Source of the DNA: a virus
Direction: 5' to 3' (one strand)
Length of the DNA: 64,000 nucleotides
Virus record (IMG/VR): IMGVR_UViG_3300031227_000034
Coordinates: 6,969 to 70,968 of that record
Positions 35,722-44,489 of this stretch are shown in pieces; within the stretch, counting starts at the first letter, position 1; each line of letters starts with the position of its first letter. The position numbers and the translations under genes were made by a program. The notes beneath the pieces were generated by a model, which made no database searches, was not told where the DNA came from, and worked only from the letters and a program-made list of their open reading frames with translations.

Positions 35722-37221
35722 ATGAGTAAAATATTAAATCCAGAAAAATTCCCCTATGTTGGTAGCGATGCATTATCTGCTGTAACAGATGTAAAGAGTG
35801 CATTAGATTTTGTTGATGCAGGCGGAACACCTTCAAGCCCATTGTTGGCAGAAACAAACGATACAGGCATAACAACTGGTGATGTCAATATTATCAAATT
35901 ACTTCCACCGCTTATTGTGGTCGGCGTTGATGTTGTTGGCAGGCATTACCCTGATGACTCGCAAAATATGTTAGCCGAACTTGTTGAGTTTGATGTGAGC
36001 AATGGTGAAATGGATGGATTATTAAATTCAGCATTGCCTGCCGGAATCAAAATTGACCCAATTACATCCACAAGATTGGCTTTTGAAACGCTCGGAGTGG
36101 GCAAAACAGCACTGGGAATGATTGAAGTAAATAAATCAACAGGAAAATATAGAGTTGTATCGTCCGCACAACCAGCTACTGCAAGCTCCACAGCGTACGA
36201 GACAAATCAGACGGTCATATATAAAAATCCGGTGACAACGGGTAAACATTTGATGCAACGATATATTGCTCAATCGGCATTGAGTATATCAAAACTTGGA
36301 ATGTTTTTGCATCAATCAGTTTTGGGAATGTCAAGTGAATACGATTTTGTTTGCATGCGGGCTAACGGTAACGTGCCTACAGAGGTTGGCAAAATTTCAG
36401 CAACTCAAATATCGATATCAATGGGGGTTGGAAATACATATGTAGAACTGACATTACCTTCAACTTTTGATGTTGCAGCGAGTGAGGAGTTTTATATTGG
36501 AGTCAAAAAAGTCTCGGCTGTGACTGATACAAGGCTAGCCGTATTAAACACTACGGATCAAGCAGGTTTTGCAAATCTTGGAGACCTTAGATTGACTTTG
36601 CCATACAGCTCCAGTGCCACATATAATGCCTGTGTTGGCGATGATTCTGGTGGTTGGGCGGGTGGAGTGGGCTATAACTATCCGATACACGGTTTGTATA
36701 TAGCATCGCTACCGAGTCCTGATTTTCCAGATGTGGACACCGTAAACGGCTATGAAACATTCGCCAAAATCGGAGACAAAGACAAGGGATTATTTATACT
36801 CGGTGGAACAAATCAATCTTACAGACTATGTAGAGCCTCACAGCGTGAAGCGGCGGCGGGTTCTTACAGCGATCCGGCATTAGTTGGTGCTGAAATTCCG
36901 ATAACTATTGAGCCGGGTGCTTTGAGTGGCAAAAATAGCCACAATCACACTGAGCCGACAAGAGTCACCACAACACCCTACACCGTTTTGATTAGCGATG
37001 AGGTGTTATTTGTCGATACCGATGTGGGGATTATTGTTGTAAATTTGCCCGCTGGAATCAGTAGCAGAAGTTTAGAAATTATAAATTGCGGAAGCAGCGG
37101 AAATGATATAACCTTGACCCCAGATGGCTCAGAGAAAATAAATGGGGTGGCGGCAACCGTTGCCATAACAGACGGAAACAAATTGAGACTAACTTTTGAA
37201 ACCACAGAACAGTGGTGGTAA
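35722..37221 (+). CDS. fibre-like virion protein
   Basis: 499 aa; C-terminal V.LP...G...I...INGV...W domain typical of fibre tips. Confidence 0.5.
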   Translation: MSKILNPEKFPYVGSDALSAVTDVKSALDFVDAGGTPSSPLLAETNDTGITTGDVNIIKLLPPLIVVGVDVVGRHYPDDSQNMLAELVEFDVSNGEMDGLLNSALPAGIKIDPITSTRLAFETLGVGKTALGMIEVNKSTGKYRVVSSAQPATASSTAYETNQTVIYKNPVTTGKHLMQRYIAQSALSISKLGMFLHQSVLGMSSEYDFVCMRANGNVPTEVGKISATQISISMGVGNTYVELTLPSTFDVAASEEFYIGVKKVSAVTDTRLAVLNTTDQAGFANLGDLRLTLPYSSSATYNACVGDDSGGWAGGVGYNYPIHGLYIASLPSPDFPDVDTVNGYETFAKIGDKDKGLFILGGTNQSYRLCRASQREAAAGSYSDPALVGAEIPITIEPGALSGKNSHNHTEPTRVTTTPYTVLISDEVLFVDTDVGIIVVNLPAGISSRSLEIINCGSSGNDITLTPDGSEKINGVAATVAITDGNKLRLTFETTEQWW

Positions 37222-37231
37222 CGATAAATAA

Positions 37232-38008
37232 ATGGGTGTAACAGCAATACAAGATAGACTAACCATAACCTTGCAAGACGCAAAGATATGGCTAGGTTTG
37301 GGGGTTGATTACGAAACAGAATGCAAGGTTTCGATTAATGCAGACCCTCCAGATGCTACAGATTTTTGCATAACAATAAACGGAACAAACATAGCGTACA
37401 CAAGCGGAACTCCGGCAGATATATTTAATGTTGCGGCTGGAATTGTAAATAAAATAACTCTTGAAGCATTAACTGGAATAACTGCAATAACAAATGGTGA
37501 CGGAACATATACAATAGCTGGAACTTCTGAGTTTTCCTGCACGATAGATTCTCTGCAAAGTTTGATAGCAAACAGTGTTGACGAAACAATCTTAGAAACA
37601 TTAATTACGGTTGCGAAACAAATGGCAGATAAATTTTGCAACAATCCGTTTTATGATAGAAATGAAAATGGGAAACTTATTGACTCAAGTGGTGACGAAT
37701 TAACAATAATAGATGGCGTTCCATCTGATACAGACGAACTTGTTGAAATAACAATACCAGAAGCAGTAAAGACTGGAGTTTTACAAATGTTAAGACTCTT
37801 GTGGACTGATTATCAAAACTCAAGTGGCTCTGACTCAGGCTCTACTGTTACTGGAAAAATAAAGTCAGAAAAAACTGGAGACAGAAGTGTTTCTTTTGAG
37901 ACAAGAAGCGAACTCAGTGGGAGTTCAAGTGTAAGCGAATCTGCAATGTTAATGCCAGTATATATTCAATCAATATTGTTGGCTTATCGTTTTGTTCCGG
38001 GGTTTTAA
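37232..38008 (+). CDS. head-tail connector (gp6/gp15-like) with inserted domain
   Basis: L.DAK.WL, A...ADKFCNNPF, IPEAVK.GVL, KSEKTGD.SVSF, IL.AYR. Confidence 0.7.
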   Translation: MGVTAIQDRLTITLQDAKIWLGLGVDYETECKVSINADPPDATDFCITINGTNIAYTSGTPADIFNVAAGIVNKITLEALTGITAITNGDGTYTIAGTSEFSCTIDSLQSLIANSVDETILETLITVAKQMADKFCNNPFYDRNENGKLIDSSGDELTIIDGVPSDTDELVEITIPEAVKTGVLQMLRLLWTDYQNSSGSDSGSTVTGKIKSEKTGDRSVSFETRSELSGSSSVSESAMLMPVYIQSILLAYRFVPGF

Positions 38009-38350
38009 ATGAAAATAAGAAGTGTAAACGCAACCTATATAAGTATAGTCCATGATGATGACAAAGAAGAAAGTGCTTGTTTAACTTGGAGCGATGGAAA
38101 AGTTAAGCACAAGGGAGACTTAAAGAAGTCTGCCAAAGTGTTTAAGCATGTATGTGAGAAATATTCAAAAAGAGACTGTACTGTTTTTGCATTTGGTGGT
38201 GTGAAAAAATACCAAACAGCAAAAATAGATATGAAAAACGGTCTATGTGTTTTAGAAGGTGATTTTGACAAATCTACCGTAAGTTTATTTAAAGAAGTGA
38301 ACAAACTTTTATCTGGTAAAAAAGAAAAGAAAATTGTCAAAGCTTTATAG
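38009..38350 (+). CDS. hypothetical protein
   Basis: ORF within neck module. Confidence 0.5.
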   Translation: MKIRSVNATYISIVHDDDKEESACLTWSDGKVKHKGDLKKSAKVFKHVCEKYSKRDCTVFAFGGVKKYQTAKIDMKNGLCVLEGDFDKSTVSLFKEVNKLLSGKKEKKIVKAL

Positions 38351-38708
38351 TCAAAAAATTATTATAAATAGAACCGCAGCCGGAACGTGGAGTTCTGATG
38401 GCGAGGACTTTAACAATGGATTTGTGTCTACGTTTACAATAAAATGTAGCGTTCAGCCGTTGACAAGCAAAGAGTTACAAGTGTTGCCAGAGGGCATGAG
38501 ATCAAGCCGTATTTTAAAGGTTTATACGTCTAGATCAAGTGCAAACAAGATAAGAACTGTAGACAGAGACGGTGCAACAATCCCAGATTACATAACGTAT
38601 CAAGGGAAATCTTTTCAGATTTATTCCACAGAAGATTGGAATGAAAGCTTATCTGGAAAAACACCACATTTTAAGTTTTATATAAGTGAGACTTCGGCTA
38701 ATGGGTAA
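38334..38708 (+). CDS. head closure/neck protein
   Basis: I.CSVQPL...ELQVLPEG.R, KVYT, D.I.YQG. Confidence 0.7.
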   Translation: MSKLYSQKIIINRTAAGTWSSDGEDFNNGFVSTFTIKCSVQPLTSKELQVLPEGMRSSRILKVYTSRSSANKIRTVDRDGATIPDYITYQGKSFQIYSTEDWNESLSGKTPHFKFYISETSANG

Positions 38709-39258
38709 ACTTTTGGAGAGTGATATTAAAACAGTCGATATTGACAAAGGATTTGCAAAGTCTGTTGCCAGCATGATTAAGGCAAACAATGTTGAAGTAA
38801 GTGTTGGATATTTTCCTTTCAGCAAAAGGAAGTCTGTATCTGCTGGGAGCAAGTCTTCAAAAAGAAAAAAAAGAACTGGCAGGTCTTTATATGCTGCCGA
38901 GGTTGCTGTTATTCAAGAGTTTGGAAGCAGAAAAACAAATGTTCCAGAGAGATCGTTTATGCGGTCAACTTTTGACACAAATAGCCCTATATATATAAGA
39001 GAAATTAAAAAAATGTTTGGAAAACTAGTTGATCCAAGCGATAAAACTAAAATAAATGATGTTACAAAAAGAATCGGTGGAATAATGTCTTTTGATATTA
39101 AAAGAAAAATAATTGCATTAAAAAGCCCACCGCTATCCGAGAGGCGAATAAGAGAAAAGGGACATTCAAACCCACTTGTTGACACAAAACAAATGTTAAA
39201 CGCTACAACGTGGGTTGCGACTAAGGACAAAGTTATAACATCAAAAGGTAAAGTGTAA
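38701..39258 (+). CDS. neck/tail-completion protein
   Basis: A..QEFG...VPERSFMRST, PPLS...KG...PLVDT.QM. Confidence 0.75.
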   Translation: MGKLLESDIKTVDIDKGFAKSVASMIKANNVEVSVGYFPFSKRKSVSAGSKSSKRKKRTGRSLYAAEVAVIQEFGSRKTNVPERSFMRSTFDTNSPIYIREIKKMFGKLVDPSDKTKINDVTKRIGGIMSFDIKRKIIALKSPPLSERRIREKGHSNPLVDTKQMLNATTWVATKDKVITSKGKV

Positions 39259-39887
39259 TGGGAACGCCTGTTGTTAATGATAGTTGGGGCGGAATTATAT
39301 CTGCCGATATTGATGTTGTGGTTGGAACACCATTCGATTTACAAATAACTCCTGATGCTGGAAACTCGATTACAGATTTGGACTTGTCTGGCGATGGTTT
39401 TTTGTATGTTTACAATCCAGACGATATACTTCCGAAATTAAAATGTAGACTTTCTGGATGGAACGGAAATACAAACCTTACGCTAAACGATGTAAATTCA
39501 GACGTGTCACTATCTCTATTGTATGGATGGCGTATTGATGTTTCTTTCGGTAAATACGAATATGACAATCTTGTTTCCTCAATATCTATATTAAGCGACA
39601 AATCTTGGTTAGCAAAAACAGCTAATTATAGCCTAGCGGTAGCAGACCTTGTTTATCACACATATGCAACAAATGCAATAAATGTTGAATTGCCAAGCGT
39701 ATCAACAACCGAAGATGGAATAATATCAGATATAAGAAACGGGAATGCGGCAACACATAGCGTAACCGTTCAAGGAAACATTGCAGACGGTGACACAATA
39801 GAGGGTGCTGCAACTTATCCCTTGTTGCCAACAGAAAATGGTAAGTTTAAATATCATCATGCAGATACAGATTGGAAATTAATTTAA
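39258..39887 (+). CDS. virion-associated hypothetical protein
   Basis: C-terminal KTANY...V.LP...DTIEG...W domain like 35722-37221. Confidence 0.5.
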   Translation: MGTPVVNDSWGGIISADIDVVVGTPFDLQITPDAGNSITDLDLSGDGFLYVYNPDDILPKLKCRLSGWNGNTNLTLNDVNSDVSLSLLYGWRIDVSFGKYEYDNLVSSISILSDKSWLAKTANYSLAVADLVYHTYATNAINVELPSVSTTEDGIISDIRNGNAATHSVTVQGNIADGDTIEGAATYPLLPTENGKFKYHHADTDWKLI

Positions 39888-39888
39888 C

Positions 39889-40707
39889 GTGCCTAGCACC
39901 AAAGCAATCAGATTAGTTATTCAGAGTTACATAAAAGAAGCTACAGGTTTAACCAATGTAATTAATGCTAAGACCGTAGAGGAAAAGATGGGTCCCAAGC
40001 CTGACCTTCCATATGCAACATACAGAATGATTACTGGCAGAATAAGATATGGATTAAGAGATTCACAAATAACTCCAACGGATTCTTTGTCAGACGAAAC
40101 AAGGCAAGAAGGTTTAAGAAAGTTTACTATTAGCTTTAACGCATATGGAGACGGAAACACAGAATCGGCAGATATTATTGAGGACCTTATAGACAGGCTT
40201 CAAAACAATTATTATGCCAGCGACCTTCAACAAAGACAAGAAGTTGATATTAGTGTAGACACGGTTATAGATGTCATGACATATACGGTTACTATAAGTG
40301 GATACGACATTTCAATAACAAGCGGTGTTGGTGCGACAGCAGAGTCGATTAGAGACTTGCTTTTAGCTGCCGTAAATTTAACAAGCCTTGGAGTTTTAGC
40401 CGAAAATGGAACAACAACTGACACTCTTAAAATTACAAGTGTTGTTCCCGGATACGAATGGTCATGTGTTGCTGGCTCTAATTTAATAAAAGAAGAGATA
40501 AAAGACGGCGTTTATATTTCTTATATAGACGAGTTTGGAAATACAGATTTAACTGGTGTTTTAGACACTGGATTTGAAGATAGATCGCAAGTTGACATTT
40601 GGTTTACTTGCACAAATACGAGTTTTGACGAGATTGACCTGATTGAACATGTGGAAGCAGAATATAATCAGGGCGACATTAACGAAGATATAGACGCTGA
40701 TTTTTAA
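39889..40707 (+). CDS. neck/tail terminator protein with inserted domain
   Basis: P.P.LPYATY, FEDR.QVDI.F; immediately before sheath. Confidence 0.65.
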   Translation: MPSTKAIRLVIQSYIKEATGLTNVINAKTVEEKMGPKPDLPYATYRMITGRIRYGLRDSQITPTDSLSDETRQEGLRKFTISFNAYGDGNTESADIIEDLIDRLQNNYYASDLQQRQEVDISVDTVIDVMTYTVTISGYDISITSGVGATAESIRDLLLAAVNLTSLGVLAENGTTTDTLKITSVVPGYEWSCVAGSNLIKEEIKDGVYISYIDEFGNTDLTGVLDTGFEDRSQVDIWFTCTNTSFDEIDLIEHVEAEYNQGDINEDIDADF

Positions 40708-40718
40708 GGAGCATTAAA

Positions 40719-42926
40719 ATGGCAGCAATAATTAGTCCCAACATTGTAAACGTACAGGCGGTAATAGAATCGTCATCTGGCGAAGCCGCAGGTTTTGGTA
40801 TCGGAATGATAACAGGACCTCACACACAATTTATGGATAAGTATAAGACTTATTCAAAACAGGATTTTGTAGATGCATTTCCTGTTGGCAATCCATTTAG
40901 GACAGCCATGAATGCATATTTTTCTCAAAGTCCAAGTCCAAAAACTGTTGCTGTTGGAAGAATAGCTATGGACGGTCAGAGAGTTAAAATAACATCAAAA
41001 GCACCCGATTATTATGATTACATTTTATACGGTGCAACTTATATTAACTTTACTGTTAGTAACGGCACTGTCGGAGCTGGCACAAGTTCATTTATTTTTT
41101 CTGGCACACAAGCCAATGCCGATGATTTTGAGTCTGGTGAAGAAATTGTATACTCTGGCGATGGCACTGCCGGAGATGGAACTTATACTGTTGATGGTGA
41201 CGCAAGCTATACGGGCGGTCTTGTTACTGTTCCTGTTGTCGAAGAAATTGATGCACTGGCAGACTTTGACGGTAATTTAAAAAGAGATAAAATGGATGAT
41301 GGTGGTTTTGTCGAACCCCATGAAGAAATAACAGCCGATGGCAACGGAAATGTTGCTGCCGCTGGAACGGGAACAATTACGTTTGCTGGTGTAAGTGGTG
41401 ATAAGGACAAGTTTCTTGTAGACTATACATTTTCATATGAAGACGATACTGGCACTCTTGCCGACACCACGTTTCAGGTGAAAGCCAATGCTACATACGC
41501 AGCGAATGTTATTACCGTTCCTGTTGAAGAGGCAACAACTGGCGGAAACATGGATGGAACAATTACGCTTAACGTAAACGAATGGAATTGCTCTGGGTCA
41601 ACAGCCACCGATACAGCCGGGTCTGATGCATTAATATTTTTGGGAAGCCAGCTTGACGCAGACAAGTTTCAGGCCGGAGAAGTTTTTGCATACTCTGGCG
41701 ACACAACAACTGCCGTAAACGGAAACTATACAGTTAGAGCCGCACCGACATATGCTCCGGGCATTGTTACGGTCTTAGTAGAAGAGGCTATTCCGGGGAC
41801 AATCACAGACGATGGAGTTATTGCTGTTGCAGAAGATATTGCTGATATTGCTGCTTATTTGTCTCTTGCAGCAAATAACGATGCATATATGAGGTTGTTT
41901 GTTTCTTCGGCACACACAGCGGGAAATCCATATTTTAATGTGACTCCAATTACTACTGGAGATTTTTACAAACTTAATGTTGGATATAAAAATTCTGACG
42001 ATGAATTTGTAGAAGACTGGTCTTATGCGTCAATAGACTATCTTGCAGCTTTACAAGCTTTATCTGATGCAGCAAGAAAAACAGCATGGCAAGACGGTTT
42101 AGACGACATCATGGATGTTAGTAATGATTTTTATGGATACGCAATTACAAGCACATCTCTGGCAGATCAAGAATACGTTGCCGAATGGGATGCCACTAAA
42201 AACAAAAGACTTATTCTTAGAACATCTGGTGCTACAAATAAAACAACTACCGTTGCCGCTGATTCAAGTTCTTTGAGTGCTATTATGAAAATTATTGGTA
42301 GACGAGGCTCTGTTGTTTACCACTCAAAAGCAAATCAGTCAACAAGTGACGAGTTTATTGATATGGCAGTGCTTGGTTCAAGACTTTGGATTAATCCAGA
42401 CATCAAAACAGCAACTTGGTTTAATGTCACATTGAATGGAATTACTCCAGACTTAAATACTGCAATGACATCAACAATGCAAGCCAACCTTAAAGCGAAA
42501 TATTGCAACTTCTATACAAATGGCGGTCCTGCAAACATTTTATATTGGGGAACTTGTTCAGACGGTCAATTTATTGATACTCATTTGGCTGCTGACTGGG
42601 CTGTTGCAAGAACTACCGAATGGATTGCTGATATGCTTCACAGTGCATCGCAGTCTGGCGGAAAAGTTCCTTACACCCAAAAAGGTGCGAACGATCTTAG
42701 CACAAATTTGATTAGGCTTGCTAATTTGGGATTTAGAACAGGTGCATTTATTGAGGATTATGTAAATTATCCCGGACTTGGTTTTGGACTTATAGTTCCG
42801 GTAGTTGCAAACGCATTACCAGCAGATAGAACAAATAGGATTTACAAAGGTCTTGTTTTAACAGTTAAAGAGGCTGGAGCAATCCATTCTGTTGACGACA
42901 CATTTATCAAGATTTCAATATCTTAA
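40719..42926 (+). CDS. tail sheath protein (DUF3383-like)
   Basis: YFSQSPSPK.VAVGR, TW...L.GI, N.Y, G..SDG.FID....DW, KVPYT..G, DR.NR, AGAIH.V. Confidence 0.85.
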   Translation: MAAIISPNIVNVQAVIESSSGEAAGFGIGMITGPHTQFMDKYKTYSKQDFVDAFPVGNPFRTAMNAYFSQSPSPKTVAVGRIAMDGQRVKITSKAPDYYDYILYGATYINFTVSNGTVGAGTSSFIFSGTQANADDFESGEEIVYSGDGTAGDGTYTVDGDASYTGGLVTVPVVEEIDALADFDGNLKRDKMDDGGFVEPHEEITADGNGNVAAAGTGTITFAGVSGDKDKFLVDYTFSYEDDTGTLADTTFQVKANATYAANVITVPVEEATTGGNMDGTITLNVNEWNCSGSTATDTAGSDALIFLGSQLDADKFQAGEVFAYSGDTTTAVNGNYTVRAAPTYAPGIVTVLVEEAIPGTITDDGVIAVAEDIADIAAYLSLAANNDAYMRLFVSSAHTAGNPYFNVTPITTGDFYKLNVGYKNSDDEFVEDWSYASIDYLAALQALSDAARKTAWQDGLDDIMDVSNDFYGYAITSTSLADQEYVAEWDATKNKRLILRTSGATNKTTTVAADSSSLSAIMKIIGRRGSVVYHSKANQSTSDEFIDMAVLGSRLWINPDIKTATWFNVTLNGITPDLNTAMTSTMQANLKAKYCNFYTNGGPANILYWGTCSDGQFIDTHLAADWAVARTTEWIADMLHSASQSGGKVPYTQKGANDLSTNLIRLANLGFRTGAFIEDYVNYPGLGFGLIVPVVANALPADRTNRIYKGLVLTVKEAGAIHSVDDTFIKISIS

Positions 42927-42936
42927 GGAGTAAATA

Positions 42937-43371
42937 ATGATAATTACATACGACCCTGCTGAAATTTCTTTTGCCTTTGGAGATCATCTCGTAACAGATT
43001 GGGCTGAAGACACTCAGGTTAAAATAGAATTTAATGCTGACTCATACTCTTTAACTAGAGGCGTGAAGTCTAACATTAGAAACAGAATGCACGATTCTAC
43101 AGCAAAGGTTACAATCTCTGTGCAGCCCCAAGGGTTAGACAACAAAGCCTTAGATTCTGTCAGAAATATAGACCTGTCTAGTAACGCAGGAACAAAGTCT
43201 CTAATCATAAAACATCAAGCAATCGGTCTTGTTTTTGAAGCACCTGACGCTTGGGTAATGAAAGTTCCAGATACCGATCTTTCAAAAGAGATTGGCGCAA
43301 CCTCTTGGGTTTTTGAGACTAGCTTTGCAACATGCAAACTTGAGTTCGAAGGGGCGGTTCTTGGAGCTTAA
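42937..43371 (+). CDS. tail tube protein (DUF3277-like), copy 1
   Basis: TYDP, AWV.K.PD, W.F. Confidence 0.75.
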   Translation: MIITYDPAEISFAFGDHLVTDWAEDTQVKIEFNADSYSLTRGVKSNIRNRMHDSTAKVTISVQPQGLDNKALDSVRNIDLSSNAGTKSLIIKHQAIGLVFEAPDAWVMKVPDTDLSKEIGATSWVFETSFATCKLEFEGAVLGA

Positions 43372-43375
43372 ATAA

Positions 43376-43795
43376 ATGATTAGAACATACGACCCTAAAA
43401 GCGTAACCGCTGTTTTTGGCGTTCTCCCACTTACGGATTTCGTCAAAGGCACGTTTATAACTGTAAAGCAAAATTCTGCAAAGTGGAATTTTACTCCGGG
43501 GTTGGGCGGTAATAATACAAGATCAAGAATTGATAATGACAGTGCAACAATTACGTTTTCGCTAATGTCAAATTCAACAGATAACGACATGTTTTATGCT
43601 GCGTTTTTGGCAGACGTTATCGGTGCTGGAGCTTTACCATTAATTATAACAGAAATGGACACTCTTGGAGTTACATTCACATGTCTTGAGGCATGGGTTG
43701 AAAAGTTCCCTGACGTATCTATAAGCGAAAAAGTTGGAAGCACAACATGGACACTAAAGACAGATTCAATAATACCAATTAAAATTAACACTTAG
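43376..43795 (+). CDS. tail tube protein (DUF3277-like), copy 2
   Basis: TYDPK.V, GTFI, SATITFSL...S..N, AWV.K.PD. Confidence 0.75.
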   Translation: MIRTYDPKSVTAVFGVLPLTDFVKGTFITVKQNSAKWNFTPGLGGNNTRSRIDNDSATITFSLMSNSTDNDMFYAAFLADVIGAGALPLIITEMDTLGVTFTCLEAWVEKFPDVSISEKVGSTTWTLKTDSIIPIKINT

Positions 43796-43806
43796 GAGAT
43801 AAGAAA

Positions 43807-44280
43807 ATGGCTGAAGAAATTGTAAGAGTTGAAAAAGAAATAAACGGAACTGTTTATAAGTATCAAAAACTTAGAAACAAAGAATTATTTGAGCAACTTG
43901 AATTTTTAAGAAAAGCGATGTCTGGTTTTGACGGGACTTCATTGTCTGGCGGAATTTCTGCTGCACAAAAGGTTTCTGCCGCTAGTGCAAAAAAAGATGG
44001 CGAAGTAGATACGTCTGAGGCTGAACATTTTATGGTTAGTCTGATTTTAGAAATCATGAACTCGTTTACTATGCCAGAGCTATATAATTTCGCAGAAAAA
44101 TTAAGCAAGGGCGGAAAAACAACACGTCATATAAAAGAGACAGATGTTGACATTAATCTCGACATGAATGTTGTTGACATTAAAGATTTACCAGACCTCG
44201 TGCTATTTTTCTGCGAGGTGAATGAAGTCGGAAATTTTTTCAGCACCCTTATTGGACTTGGCAGCAAAATAACGCTGTAA
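43807..44280 (+). CDS. tail assembly chaperone (G)
   Basis: between tube and tape measure; slippery site at G-N-F-F. Confidence 0.7.
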   Translation: MAEEIVRVEKEINGTVYKYQKLRNKELFEQLEFLRKAMSGFDGTSLSGGISAAQKVSAASAKKDGEVDTSEAEHFMVSLILEIMNSFTMPELYNFAEKLSKGGKTTRHIKETDVDINLDMNVVDIKDLPDLVLFFCEVNEVGNFFSTLIGLGSKITL

Positions 44281-44489
44281 CGTCAAATAAGTTGCCGGAA
44301 GGAGTGCAGTCTATTACTTATCCAGACTGTCCCAAAGGATTTATGGATGGCTTATCTGGACTAAAGACTCTTTTGTTTTCTACAAAAAGAGAGAGCTATT
44401 CTACGATTGAGAAAATGTGTCCAGTGTCGATACTTGATGCGTTGTTATTGAATATAATTACAACGCCTGACATAAAGTATAAAAAATAA
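44232..44489 (+). CDS. -1 frameshift extension of chaperone (GT)
   Basis: A AAT TTT at 44232-44238; -1 frame open from there into ORF 44292-44489. Confidence 0.7.
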   Translation, partial: KFFQHPYWTWQQNNAVTSNKLPEGVQSITYPDCPKGFMDGLSGLKTLLFSTKRESYSTIEKMCPVSILDALLLNIITTPDIKYKK

